DNA of 64,000 bases, taken from contig JBBKVO010000040.1 of the NCBI GenBank assembly GCA_037968475.1, forward strand, positions 3,126 to 67,125, read 5' to 3'. Of this stretch, positions 18,542 through 28,541 are shown in pieces. This DNA comes from Bacteroidia bacterium (GTDB lineage: Bacteria; Bacteroidota; Bacteroidia; UBA8524). The position numbers and the translations under genes were made by a program. Positions within the stretch are counted from its first letter, which is position 1, and every line of letters begins with the position of its first letter. Below the pieces are notes generated by a model that did no database searches, had not been told where the DNA came from, and saw only the letters and a program-made list of their open reading frames with translations.

Positions 18542-20077
18542 TTATACTTGTTGGTTGCGCAATTGTCCCACTAATTCTACTCCAATATTTCTTTTATCAG
18601 CTACCGATAAAAAGTCCTCTATCAATTCAGCCACATCAGGGTCTATAAATCGTGCTTTTGAAACATCAATAAGAACACTAGCGTTATCGGGTATTTGTGC
18701 TAAACAGTCTTTTACGTTTTTAACATATAAAAAGGGAATGTCTTTAGTAAAACGAATAAGATAGTTGTTGTTGTGTTGGGTGAAACTAACCAAAGGTTGT
18801 TTGTTTGATTTGATAGTGTAGAACAAGCCTACCATTATACCTATAATAATTCCATACAGCAAATCGGTAAACAGTATGGCTATAATAGTTACCAAAAAGG
18901 GTATAAACTGAGAAGCTCCATTTTTTGATATTGATTTGAAAATAGTGGGCGAGGTGAGTTTAAATCCCACAAAAAATAAAATACCTGCAAGCGCGGCTAA
19001 AGGTATAAGGTTTAGCACGGGTGCAATAAATACCACACATACCAATAGCAATATACCATGCAAAATGGTCGAAAGTTTGGTTTTTCCACCTGCATTTAGG
19101 TTGGCCGAGCTACGTACTATAACTGCTGTAACAGGTAAACCACCAAACAAAGCCGAGACAATATTACCTGCGCCTTGTGCTTTTAACTCTTGATTTTTTG
19201 GGGTGATGCTTTTTGCTGGGTCAATTTTATCTACCGCCTCTACACTTAGTAGCGATTCTAAACTGGCTATCAATGTTATGGTGATAGCTATTTGCCAAAC
19301 GGCAAGGTTACCTATTTGAGAAAAATCGGGAAAGTGAAGATTATTTCCAAAGGACGAAAATGAACCTGTAATGGGTATTTTAGCTAGATGATTTCCTCCC
19401 AGTGCAAATTTTTCGCCCAATGTGGGAAACCAATAATGGTTTAATACTACTGAGGCAACAACGGCAACCAATGCGCCGGGCACTATTTGGAAAAAGGTTA
19501 ATTTTTTTAGCGGTTTCAACTCCCAAATTACCATTAACCCAACAGAAACTACCGCGATAATAGCCGCCGCAGGTCTAAAGGTGCGCAGGGCAAACCAAAT
19601 GGTACTAAAGGTATTGCTTCCATCAGGCTGCGAAAAACTTTCATCACCTTCATAGTCGGCATCATAGCCCAATGCGTGGGGTATTTGTTTAAGGATTAGA
19701 ATAATGCCTATAGCTGCCAACATACCTTTTATAACAGGCGATGGCACATAGTTGCCTATAGCACCTGCCTTTAAAAAGCCAAGTATTAACTGAAAAACGC
19801 CTGCAATAAGCACGGCGACTAAAAAAACTTCAAAAGTTTTTAGCTCGTCTAACGAGCTAACTACTATGGCGGTTAAACCTGCGGCAGGGCCGCTAACGCT
19901 TAGGCTTGATTTACTTAAAAATCCTACAACTATACCGCCTACTATGCCCGCTATAATACCCGACATTAGGGGCGCTTTTGATGCCAGTGCAATACCCATA
20001 CACAGGGGCAATGCCACCAAAAATACTACTAGTGAGGCAGGGAGATCGTTTTTTAGGTTTTTTATGAAATTAGTCAT
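18542..20077 (-). CDS. SulP family anion (bicarbonate) transporter
   Basis: ALPLCMGIA, VSGPAAG, VIVRSSAN and many TMs, in an operon with can. Confidence 0.93.
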   Translation of the reverse strand: MTNFIKNLKNDLPASLVVFLVALPLCMGIALASKAPLMSGIIAGIVGGIVVGFLSKSSLSVSGPAAGLTAIVVSSLDELKTFEVFLVAVLIAGVFQLILGFLKAGAIGNYVPSPVIKGMLAAIGIILILKQIPHALGYDADYEGDESFSQPDGSNTFSTIWFALRTFRPAAAIIAVVSVGLMVIWELKPLKKLTFFQIVPGALVAVVASVVLNHYWFPTLGEKFALGGNHLAKIPITGSFSSFGNNLHFPDFSQIGNLAVWQIAITITLIASLESLLSVEAVDKIDPAKSITPKNQELKAQGAGNIVSALFGGLPVTAVIVRSSANLNAGGKTKLSTILHGILLLVCVVFIAPVLNLIPLAALAGILFFVGFKLTSPTIFKSISKNGASQFIPFLVTIIAILFTDLLYGIIIGIMVGLFYTIKSNKQPLVSFTQHNNNYLIRFTKDIPFLYVKNVKDCLAQIPDNASVLIDVSKARFIDPDVAELIEDFLSVADKRNIGVELVGQLRNQQV

Positions 20078-20218
20078 TAAGGGCTAGTATGCTTTTGTGA
20101 AAATATAATTAAAAGCTGCTCGTAATACAACTATTATTCCATTTTTGGTGTTTCTAGGCAGGTTTTAACATTTTCTTATTCACAAACACCAATTTATTTT
20201 TCATCACATTATTAAACG

Positions 20219-20226
20219 TATTTTTG
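20219..20226 (+). promoter_or_regulatory. -7 promoter box (TATTTTTG) for the flippase
   Basis: TAnnTTTG 10 bp before the ATG. Confidence 0.55.
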
Positions 20227-20236
20227 CCGCTAACCC

Positions 20237-21682
20237 ATGCAGCAAAAATTTTTATCCAACTTTAGCCTGCTTATCTCGCTTAACTTATTTGTGAAGCTGT
20301 TTTGGGTATTTGGCATTGATATAACTGTACAAAACACGCTGGGCAGCGCTGTATACGGCGATTATTTTGCCTTGTTTAATCTTGCCCTTATAGGCGCTAT
20401 AATTGCTGATGTGGGCGTAAACAATTATAACAACCGTGTGATTGCCGCCGACCCTGATAAACTATCGCATTACCTAGCCAATATACTAACTTTAAAAAGT
20501 GTGCTGTTTGTAGTTTATATGCTGGCACTAATGCTTATAGGCTGGGTGCTGGGCTATAACCAACAGCAAATGGGTTTGTTGTTTATAGTGGGGCTTAACC
20601 AAGGGCTGATAACATTTTATAATTATCTACGCTCAAACGTATCGGCACTGCATCTTTTTAAAACAGAAAGCTTTTTATCAGTAAGTGATAAACTGGTAAT
20701 GATAGTGCTGTGCGGTTTGCTACTGTGGGTAAACCCTTTTGACGGCACATTTACCATATATACTTTTGCTTGGGTGCAGGTGGTTGGCTTGGCAGCAGGG
20801 GTTACTATATCGTTTTTTGTATTGTATCGTTTTATAAAACGCAGCGAGTTTAAGGTTGATTTTGGGGTGATGAAAAGCATCTTAAAAAAAGCATACCCTT
20901 ATGCTATACTTATTACTTTAATGAGTTTTTATACCCGCTTGGATGCGGTGATGATAGAGCGCTTGCTTCCCGACGGGGCAAACGAGGCGGGTATATATGC
21001 CTCCGGTTTTCGCCTGCTCGATTCGCTAATAATGTTTGCTGTTTTAATGGCTAATATGTTGCTGCCTATGTTTGGCCGGCTGATACACCGGCGACAAAAT
21101 GTAACTACTTTGGTAAAACAAAGTTTTGCTATAATGCTATTGCCCGCCGTTGGCGTGCCTTTGCTGGCTTGGTTCTATCGCGATGATTTGTATACGCTTA
21201 TCTACCCCGATTTGTATACGCCTTATGGTGCGGTTGTTTTTGCTTGGGTACTCACGGCCTTTATCCCTATTAGCATGGGGTATATATTTGGCACGTTGCT
21301 AACTGCCAATGGTAGTTTGCGCCAACTAAATATTATATCGGTATTGGGCTTGGTGGCCAACTTTGCCCTAAACTGGATATTAATACCCCAATACAAAGCT
21401 ATGGGCGCGTGTGTGGCAACAATTATTACGCAAAGTTTGGTGGTAGGTCTAACGGTAGTATATTGCCGCAAGTTTTTTAGCTTTAAAGTTTCAACGGCGT
21501 TTATTCGCTCAATACTTTTGTTTGTTACAACCACAGGGGGTGTTTTTTATGTCTTAACTTTTGTACAATGGGAGTGGAAGACGGAAGTCCTTACCGCTAT
21601 GGTGTTTATTGCCCTTTTGGCCTTAATAACCGGAGTGGTGAAAATAAAAGATTTGATAGCTTCGTTTAAACCAAGTGAATAG
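20237..21682 (+). CDS. wzx: Polysaccharide flippase (Wzx/MOP family)
   Basis: About 14 TMs, LG...YGDY, YTRLDAVM, AGIYA, LNWILIP.Y.AMGA. Confidence 0.85.
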   Translation: MQQKFLSNFSLLISLNLFVKLFWVFGIDITVQNTLGSAVYGDYFALFNLALIGAIIADVGVNNYNNRVIAADPDKLSHYLANILTLKSVLFVVYMLALMLIGWVLGYNQQQMGLLFIVGLNQGLITFYNYLRSNVSALHLFKTESFLSVSDKLVMIVLCGLLLWVNPFDGTFTIYTFAWVQVVGLAAGVTISFFVLYRFIKRSEFKVDFGVMKSILKKAYPYAILITLMSFYTRLDAVMIERLLPDGANEAGIYASGFRLLDSLIMFAVLMANMLLPMFGRLIHRRQNVTTLVKQSFAIMLLPAVGVPLLAWFYRDDLYTLIYPDLYTPYGAVVFAWVLTAFIPISMGYIFGTLLTANGSLRQLNIISVLGLVANFALNWILIPQYKAMGACVATIITQSLVVGLTVVYCRKFFSFKVSTAFIRSILLFVTTTGGVFYVLTFVQWEWKTEVLTAMVFIALLALITGVVKIKDLIASFKPSE

Positions 21683-21734
21683 AAAGCCCTAAATACCAAC
21701 GATATTTTTATTTTTGTCGCAAATACCTAACCCG

Positions 21735-22745
21735 ATGTCTGAAACAAAGACCGATTACCAATTTAATACTTTAGAGATTATTCGCCTGATACTGCGCCGC
21801 AAATGGCCTATAATAATAGTAACCGCAGTGGCTTTGGTAGCTTCTATTATATTTTCAGGGCCGTCGTTCATCACCCCAAAGTATGAGTCGAACGTTATTT
21901 TTTATCCCTCAAAAAACAACTCTGTTTCTGGTGGGATATTAGAAGACGCAACAGCACGTGATGTTGATGCTTCTGAATTTGGTGAAGAAGAAAATGCCGA
22001 ACAGGCTTTGCAAATCTTAGGCTCGTCGCAACTTATGGGGCGTGTTGTACAACGTTTTGATTTGATGAACCACTACCATATTGACCCTAATGGTTCTATG
22101 CCTTACACCAAATTGGCTAACAAAATAAAATCGAATATTAAGTTTAACCGTACCGAATTTCTTTCTATTGAGATTGTGGTTTTGGATGAAGACCCACACA
22201 TGGCGGCTACAATAGCCAACGGTATATCGCAGATATACGATAGCGTGCGTACCGAAATACAAAGGCAAGTAAGTAGTAAAGCCTACGAAATTATTGAAAA
22301 CGAATACAATGCTAAGGTGAAAGAGGTTGAAACGTTGCAACAGCAGGTAAACGACCTTTCGAGCGGAAAAGGAATTGATATGAGTTCTCTTTCGGGTGGA
22401 AAAAACGAAGGCACAGGCCAAATGATGGAGCGCCAACAAAAAATGGCAAAAAGCGGTGCCGAAGTGGGTACGCTTATCCGCCTTACCGAATCGCTTAGTC
22501 AATCGGTTGAGCAAATGAACCATTTGAAAGAAAAATTCCGTAAGGCCAATGCTGATATGGTAGAGTATATACCACACAAGTTTGAAATTAGCCCTGCATA
22601 CGCCGCCGAACAAAAAGCATATCCCCGTCGTAGCATAATAGTATTGTTAGCCACCTTTGGTGCTTTCTTTCTTTCGGTATTAATGATGATACTTTTAGAG
22701 CGTTTTGCTTATTTCCGTGCACAACTGAACGAAGACAAGGCTTAG
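21735..22745 (+). CDS. wzz: Polysaccharide chain-length determinant (Wzz family)
   Basis: N-terminal TM plus PKYES, periplasmic coiled coil, C-terminal PA...KAYPRR plus TM. Confidence 0.8.
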   Translation: MSETKTDYQFNTLEIIRLILRRKWPIIIVTAVALVASIIFSGPSFITPKYESNVIFYPSKNNSVSGGILEDATARDVDASEFGEEENAEQALQILGSSQLMGRVVQRFDLMNHYHIDPNGSMPYTKLANKIKSNIKFNRTEFLSIEIVVLDEDPHMAATIANGISQIYDSVRTEIQRQVSSKAYEIIENEYNAKVKEVETLQQQVNDLSSGKGIDMSSLSGGKNEGTGQMMERQQKMAKSGAEVGTLIRLTESLSQSVEQMNHLKEKFRKANADMVEYIPHKFEISPAYAAEQKAYPRRSIIVLLATFGAFFLSVLMMILLERFAYFRAQLNEDKA

Positions 22746-22752
22746 GGAAACA

Positions 22753-24210
22753 ATGCTCACCCAAAAGCAAATACTAAGTTTTTATATCATTAGTGGCTTG
22801 TTTATAGCCGCCAATGTGGTTGCCGTTATATTTGATTTTTACCTCGTGTCGTTGCTGCCCGTAGCTTTTTTGGTAGTATTGCTGGCACTTTTCGCATCAG
22901 ATAAGTTGGTATATTTGGTTACGGGGCTTGTTCCCTTTTCCATTCCTGTGTGGCATTTGCTGGGCGATTTTGGTCTTATACTTCCTACCGAGCCTATTAT
23001 TATCACATTAATGCTTATAGGCATATTAAAGTTTGCCTATGGCAGCCAAACGGCCTATAAAAGCCTTTTGCGACACCCGCTTACCATTGCTATTCTTATA
23101 AATATAGGTTGGTTACTACTCACCTCGGCCACCAGCAGTATGCCGTTGGTATCGTTTAAGTACACTATTTCGCGTATTTGGTACATAGCGGTGTTTTACT
23201 TTATGGCCTACCAAATTTTTACTGATTATAAACGTATCGAGCGGTTTTTGTGGTGGTTTACCATTCCTTTAGTACTTGTGGTTATGTATGTAATGGTGCG
23301 CCACTTTCAGCACGGTTTTGTGCGTGAGGTGTTTCCGTACATGATACAACCTTTCTTTTGGGTACATGGCGTATATAGTGCCACAGTGGCTATTGTAACC
23401 CCCATGCTTTTTGTGTTTTTTATACGTGCCAAAAAAATGGGATTTAGCACCCTTACGCGTGGGTTTATAGGGTTTTTGGCAGTGCTGTTTTTGCTGGCCA
23501 TCACCTACTCGTACACCCGTGCGGCATGGGTTAGCCTTATGGCTGCCTTTGGCGCATTAATAGTGTTTTATCTTAAAGTACCTATACGGTATATTTTTGG
23601 TTCGGTAATAGTGGCATTATTGGTAGTATTTTCCTTTCAAAAATCTATACTGTTAAAACTAAGCGAGAACGAGCAAGGCTCATCACGCAAAAACGATTTG
23701 GGCGAGCACCTGCAATCGGTATCAAACATAAAAAACGACCCTAGTAACCTTGAACGCATTAACCGTTGGAATTGCGCTGTGCGAATGTTTGAAGAACGAC
23801 CCATTTTGGGTTGGGGGCCCGGCACTTATGCTTTCCAGTATGCGCCTTTTCAGCGTAGTAAAGATATAACAGTAATAAGCACCAACTTTGGCGATGTGGG
23901 TCATGCCCACAGCGAATATCTTGGGCCTTTGGCCGAAGGCGGTTTTATAGGTATGCTTAGCTGGCTGGTGGTTTTTTTGCTAAGTGTATACAAAGGCATG
24001 ATGCTGTTTTATCACGGCATACACGAAAAAACGCGCACCATAGCATTGGCCGTTGTGTTGGGATTAATTACCTACTATGCACACGGGGTGCTAAACAGCT
24101 ATATCGATTACGATAAAATTGCTGTTCCCTTATGGGGCTTTTGCGCCATTTTGGTAGCACTGGAGGTGATTGATAAAAAGCCTGTGGCTGACGTTGAAGA
24201 TACTATTTGA
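22753..24210 (+). CDS. O-antigen ligase/polymerase family protein
   Basis: SYTRAAW, ERINRW...PILGWGPG, HAHSEYL...AEGG, multiple TMs. Confidence 0.85.
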   Translation: MLTQKQILSFYIISGLFIAANVVAVIFDFYLVSLLPVAFLVVLLALFASDKLVYLVTGLVPFSIPVWHLLGDFGLILPTEPIIITLMLIGILKFAYGSQTAYKSLLRHPLTIAILINIGWLLLTSATSSMPLVSFKYTISRIWYIAVFYFMAYQIFTDYKRIERFLWWFTIPLVLVVMYVMVRHFQHGFVREVFPYMIQPFFWVHGVYSATVAIVTPMLFVFFIRAKKMGFSTLTRGFIGFLAVLFLLAITYSYTRAAWVSLMAAFGALIVFYLKVPIRYIFGSVIVALLVVFSFQKSILLKLSENEQGSSRKNDLGEHLQSVSNIKNDPSNLERINRWNCAVRMFEERPILGWGPGTYAFQYAPFQRSKDITVISTNFGDVGHAHSEYLGPLAEGGFIGMLSWLVVFLLSVYKGMMLFYHGIHEKTRTIALAVVLGLITYYAHGVLNSYIDYDKIAVPLWGFCAILVALEVIDKKPVADVEDTI

Positions 24211-24243
24211 CAAATTTTAAAAATTTGTCAAATAGTATCTTCA
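24195..24243. repeat. Perfect 24-bp-arm inverted repeat overlapping the gene end (TTTGACAAA..TTTGTCAAA core)
   Basis: TGAAGATACTATTTGACAAATTTT-A-AAAATTTGTCAAATAGTATCTTCA. Confidence 0.95.
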
Positions 24244-24280
24244 GGATATGAAAATCATAAAATCAATAGGCAACTTCTAC

Positions 24281-24477
24281 CACCCTCAATCCCTCCTTTA
24301 CCCACGCTTCTATCCTTCGACTTCGCTCAGGATGACAGTGCAGGGAGGGAAGCCACGCCACTACCCTTTGGAATTCGTGTATTTTGCTAAAAATATAGCA
24401 CTGCCTTGTCCCCCTTGCGGGCTGTCATCCTGGCTCTCGAAGGAGTGCGAAGGGGGCAGGGGAAAGGTCTCTCAACT
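24281..24477. repeat. Composite/nested REP-like elements (CCCT..AGGG shells containing GTCATCC/GGATGAC units)
   Basis: ATCCTTCGACTTCGCTCAGGATGACAG at about 24312-24338, and CCCCTTGCGGGCTGTCATCC...GAAGGGGGCAGGGG at about 24410-24472. Confidence 0.6.
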
Positions 24478-24487
24478 ACCTAACACC

Positions 24488-24534
24488 GAGCGGACGCTCT
24501 ATTATTTTCGGCACGAGCGGACGCTCGAGCCAGC
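24488..24534 (+). repeat. 47-bp REP-like repeat, copy 3 of 5
   Basis: GAGCGGACGCTCTATTATTTTCGGCACGAGCGGACGCTCGAGCCAGC. Confidence 0.9.
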
Positions 24535-24590
24535 TTTTGCTCAAATAAAAAGTTAGAAAAAGACGGGTATGTGTGGACTGATTAGCCTTC

Positions 24591-25037
24591 TTACTTCTTC
24601 ATATAGCGCAACAGATAATGCAAGGCAAGGCGGTAGCCGTTTAGCCCCATACCTGTAATAATACCTGCACATTTTGATGCAGTTATCATAGTATGGCGGT
24701 ATTCTTCGCGGGCATGAACATTACTTATGTGTACCTCTATAACTGGTGTGTTTATAGCCGCAATAGCATCGGCAATGGCAACTGACGTATGGGCATATCC
24801 ACCAGGGTTTAGTATTATACCCTTGCAATTTTGCCCAAACTGGTGTAGTTGGTCAATTATTTCACCCTCGCTATTGCTTTGAAAATATTCTATGTCAGTA
24901 TGGCTGTGTTTATCTCGTAGTATTTCTAAATAATCTTCAAATGATTCTTTACCGTAGATCGCTGTCTCTCGTTGGCCTAATAGGTTCAAATTGGGGCCGT
25001 TTATAATAGCTACTTTGTACGTTTCTTCATTACCCAT
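24591..25037 (-). CDS. aroQ: Type II 3-dehydroquinate dehydratase
   Basis: INGPNLNLLGQRE, QSNSEG, NPGGYAHTSVAIADA, IEVHISNVHARE. Start moved to MGNEE, downstream of a TAGCTTTG box at 25061-25068. Confidence 0.96.
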   Translation of the reverse strand: MGNEETYKVAIINGPNLNLLGQRETAIYGKESFEDYLEILRDKHSHTDIEYFQSNSEGEIIDQLHQFGQNCKGIILNPGGYAHTSVAIADAIAAINTPVIEVHISNVHAREEYRHTMITASKCAGIITGMGLNGYRLALHYLLRYMKK

Positions 25038-25122
25038 AATATTGGCACAATACCTGTACACAAAGCTAATACAAAACCCAAACTAAAGCAGGTATATTAC
25101 TTCTTACCCGTTTTAAAAGTAG

Positions 25123-25130
25123 TATATTTG
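25123..25130 (+). promoter_or_regulatory. -7 promoter box (TATATTTG) for purF
   Basis: TAnnTTTG 16 bp before the ATG. Confidence 0.55.
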
Positions 25131-25146
25131 GCGCTTCTTCATCACC

Positions 25147-27030
25147 ATGACTGACGACATTAAACACGAGTGCGGCGTAGCATTCATCAGGCTACTAAAG
25201 CCTTTGGAGTATTACAAACAAAAGTATGGTACTGCTGCTTACGGACTAGAAAAACTCTCTATGCTTATGATTAAGCAAAAAAATAGAGGGCAAAACGGCG
25301 CAGGCGTTGCAAGTATAAAATTGGATATCCCTGAGGGGCATCAATACATACACCGCTATCGTACAGCATCAAAAAACTATCTGGCCGATACCATTGGCCA
25401 TGTTACAGGACACTACAAAGCTCTTACTCAAGAGCAAAAAGAGGATGTTGACTACCTAAGAATTAATACTCCTTACATAGGCGAATTATTATTAGGGCAC
25501 TTACGCTACGGAACATACTCGCGCAATACCGATGATTTGTGCCACCCTTTTTACAGGCGTAACAACTGGATGAGCCGAAACCTTGTTTTGGCGGGCAACT
25601 TTAATATTACCAATGTTGATGATTTATTTAATCAACTGGTAGAGTTGGGGCAACACCCTAACGAAAAGGCCGATACTATTTTGATGCTTGAAAAAATCGG
25701 GCACTTTTTAGATGATGAAGTTGGTGAAATTTACCACCGCTATAAAGACAAACTAACGCACCGCCAAATATCTGATAAGATACGCGAGGAAATAAGTATC
25801 CCCCAAATACTAAAACGCTCGTTCAAAGCTATTGACGGCGGGTTTACTATGGTAGGTATGATTGGGCACGGTGATGCTTTTATACTGCGCGACCCTGCGG
25901 GCATTCGCCCTGCCTTTTACTATATTGATGATGAAGTATGTGTGGCCGCTAGTGAACGCTCGGCTATACAAACTGTATTTAATGCCCCTATTGACGAGGT
26001 AAAAGAAATAACCCCCGGTAGTGCGCTTATAGTGCGCAAAAACGGTGAGGTGAAAGAAGAAGAGATTTTAGCCCGTGTAGAACAGCTTTCGTGCACTTTC
26101 GAGCGTATTTACTTTTCGAAAGGTAACGATAGGGATATTTATAAAGAACGTAAAAGCCTTGGACATCAAGTAGCTGAGAAAGTATTGCGTAAGGTGAATT
26201 ATGACTTTAACAACACTATTTTTAGTTATATACCCAACACTGCCGCTACCAGTTTTTATGGTATGATGGACGGTGTGAATGATTACCTAAGCTGGTTTAA
26301 AAAACAGCAAATATTAGCTAACCGCAGCATGACTGAGGATGAGTTGGATACTTTGTTGAAATTGCAACCCCGTAGGGATAAGATTGTGCATAAGGACGAG
26401 AAGCTGCGCACTTTTATTACTGAAGACAGTAACCGAGAGGATTTGATAGGCCAAGTATACGATATTACGTATGGTTTGGTAACAGGTAAAGATACTCTTG
26501 TAGTGGTTGACGACTCAATTGTGAGAGGCAATACTTTGAAGATGAGTATTTTGAGGATTTTAGACCGATTAGGCCCCAAAAAAATCATAATAGTATCATC
26601 GGCTCCGCAAATACGCTACCCCGATTGTTATGGTATAGATATGTCGAAACTAAAAGACTTTGTGGCCTTTAAAGCCATGATAGAGCTGATAGAAGAAAAC
26701 AATTTAACCCATAAACTAGACGAGGTATATGCTAAGGCTTTAGAAGAAATGAAAAAGCCTGCCGAAGAGATGGTGAATGTGGCGAAAGAATTATACGCAC
26801 TGTTTACTACCGACCAAATAACCGATAGGATAGTAAAAATACTAACTCCTGCTGATATTAATGCAGAAGTAGATATTATATATCAATCTATAAGCAACCT
26901 ACACACAGCTTGCCCCAACCACAAAGGCGATTGGTATTTTACAGGTAACTACCCCACCCCCGGTGGCACAAGGGTAGCTAACAAAGCATTTATAAACTAT
27001 TACAGTGGTAGCAGCGAAAGAGCTTACTAA
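25147..27030 (+). CDS. purF: Amidophosphoribosyltransferase (Bacteroidota type)
   Basis: KHECG Ntn nucleophile, GHLRYGT, RDPAGIRP, CTFERIYFS, PRPP motif VVVDDSIVRGNT, YGIDM. Confidence 0.92.
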   Translation: MTDDIKHECGVAFIRLLKPLEYYKQKYGTAAYGLEKLSMLMIKQKNRGQNGAGVASIKLDIPEGHQYIHRYRTASKNYLADTIGHVTGHYKALTQEQKEDVDYLRINTPYIGELLLGHLRYGTYSRNTDDLCHPFYRRNNWMSRNLVLAGNFNITNVDDLFNQLVELGQHPNEKADTILMLEKIGHFLDDEVGEIYHRYKDKLTHRQISDKIREEISIPQILKRSFKAIDGGFTMVGMIGHGDAFILRDPAGIRPAFYYIDDEVCVAASERSAIQTVFNAPIDEVKEITPGSALIVRKNGEVKEEEILARVEQLSCTFERIYFSKGNDRDIYKERKSLGHQVAEKVLRKVNYDFNNTIFSYIPNTAATSFYGMMDGVNDYLSWFKKQQILANRSMTEDELDTLLKLQPRRDKIVHKDEKLRTFITEDSNREDLIGQVYDITYGLVTGKDTLVVVDDSIVRGNTLKMSILRILDRLGPKKIIIVSSAPQIRYPDCYGIDMSKLKDFVAFKAMIELIEENNLTHKLDEVYAKALEEMKKPAEEMVNVAKELYALFTTDQITDRIVKILTPADINAEVDIIYQSISNLHTACPNHKGDWYFTGNYPTPGGTRVANKAFINYYSGSSERAY

Positions 27031-27065
27031 GCCTCTACCTGCACTTATCAAAAAAATAATACTAT

Positions 27066-27101
27066 AAAAAGCTCTGTACGAATATCGTACAGAGCTTTTT
27101 T
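27066..27101 (+). terminator. Intrinsic terminator after purF
   Basis: AAAAAGCTCTGTACGA-ATA-TCGTACAGAGCTTTTTT. Confidence 0.85.
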
Positions 27102-27227
27102 GTTTTCTAACCCAATACTTTTGCAATTGTTACAATCCCATTATAAGTGAAGTTAAAGAGAGTGAGGTAGATAAAGAGAACAATTGTTTTCAGCCGCTCA
27201 CATCCATTTAAAATGAATAACAAACCC

Positions 27228-27235
27228 TAACTTTG
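27228..27235 (+). promoter_or_regulatory. -7 promoter box (TAACTTTG)
   Basis: TAnnTTTG 23 bp before ATG 27259. Confidence 0.55.
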
Positions 27236-27258
27236 CCCCTACTTTAAAAAAGGCATAC

Positions 27259-27738
27259 ATGAAACACGAAACCAGCACCATAAAAGCCGAAATGCGCAAA
27301 ACCATTTTTGCAGCCGAAGAGCATTTGGCAATAACTATAAACGATGAGTTGCTGGATGTGTTTATTGATGAGTTTTATCCTGATGAAGAATACTTAGGGC
27401 TAATACCCACCTATTTGCCCGCTTTTGATAACGAAGACGAGTACGATTTGGTAATGGAGCGTGCTGTACCCGAAGAAGGAAAAACAACGTTACTACCCAT
27501 ACTAATGTGCCCCGAAGATTTAGATTTGGTATGCACCGTAATAGTAGCACAAGCCAAAACACAAGGCGATTATATAATTTGGGAGCGATTGGGAGTTGAT
27601 AAAAGCGAACCCAACAATCACCCACAAAGTGTAGGCACACAAGTACAATGGCTTACCCATATAAATAAACCACTATACTTTAAAAAGAGCGAATACATAG
27701 AGTGCCTAAACGAATTTAAAAAACTGGCCGAATTATAG
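27259..27738 (+). CDS. Conserved hypothetical acidic protein
   Basis: 159 aa with host-like codons and an LPILMCPEDLDLVCTVIVA motif; function not recognised. Confidence 0.75.
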   Translation: MKHETSTIKAEMRKTIFAAEEHLAITINDELLDVFIDEFYPDEEYLGLIPTYLPAFDNEDEYDLVMERAVPEEGKTTLLPILMCPEDLDLVCTVIVAQAKTQGDYIIWERLGVDKSEPNNHPQSVGTQVQWLTHINKPLYFKKSEYIECLNEFKKLAEL

Positions 27739-27747
27739 TAGAGCATT

Positions 27748-27773
27748 TGTCATGCTGAATTTAGTTCAGCATC
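27748..27773. repeat. Short REP-like palindrome
   Basis: TGTCATGCTGAATTTAGTTCAGCATC; GTCA-headed like other elements in the window. Confidence 0.55.
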
Positions 27774-27812
27774 TCATTGCCAAAGAATATTAAAATAACA
27801 AACAACCAAAAA

Positions 27813-28541
27813 ATGAAATACCTGTACCTGCTGCTCAACTTAGGCACATTCATATTTCCGTTTGCGTTGTCATTCGATAAAAAAGTAGCCTTTTATAAAA
27901 AGTGGAAATACCTTACTCCCGCTATACTTTTTGTTGCCCTGCTATTTTTGGTATGGGATTTCTTGTTTACCGATATAGGCATTTGGAGTTTTAACGATGA
28001 ATATATTACAGGAATTAAATTTTTTGGACTACCCATTGAAGAAATTTTATTCTTTTTCACAGTACCCTACGCCTGTGTATTTCTGTACGAGTGCATTATC
28101 GTTTACTTCCCAAAAGATTATCTAAAAAAATACGCTGTTGCTATTACCATAGTTATAATGGTGGGTGATGCTGTTTTGCTGTTTTTTAATTACGATAAAC
28201 TATATACAGCCTCTACACTTGCTGTTTTAGGCGCATATATGATGCAGCTTTTGGTTGTAACCCGTGCCCAATGGCTTGGTAGATTCTATTTGGGCTATAT
28301 TGCCTCTCTCGTTCCGTTTCTTATTATCAATGGGGTGCTTACAGCAATGCCTGTGGTGATGTATAACAATAGTGAAAACCTAAATATACGCTTGGGTAGT
28401 ATACCTGTGGAGGATATGCTATACATGATGTTGTTACTGCTAATGAACATAGGTATTTACGAGCGATTGCAAAAACGCTTTGTACGTATACCAAAAGAAG
28501 AAACACCCACAGAAGTATTCGACGCGCCTATAGAAATATGA
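27813..28541 (+). CDS. Lycopene cyclase domain-containing membrane protein (CrtYcd-type)
   Basis: Two repeated halves (WD...GIWSFN...G.PIEE and NG.LT...YN...GSIPVED), translationally coupled to the desaturase. Confidence 0.85.
   Translation: MKYLYLLLNLGTFIFPFALSFDKKVAFYKKWKYLTPAILFVALLFLVWDFLFTDIGIWSFNDEYITGIKFFGLPIEEILFFFTVPYACVFLYECIIVYFPKDYLKKYAVAITIVIMVGDAVLLFFNYDKLYTASTLAVLGAYMMQLLVVTRAQWLGRFYLGYIASLVPFLIINGVLTAMPVVMYNNSENLNIRLGSIPVEDMLYMMLLLLMNIGIYERLQKRFVRIPKEETPTEVFDAPIEI

Noticed and set aside
24248-24556. Short ORFs spanning repeats (also 12970-13167, 13041-13430, 17346-17946, 45270-45627, 48958-49259, 52440-52625)
   Set aside because: They translate GC-rich repeat DNA or lie antisense to real genes. 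Shared peptides such as HERTLEPA and RADALLFLARADARAS simply reflect the 47-bp repeat.
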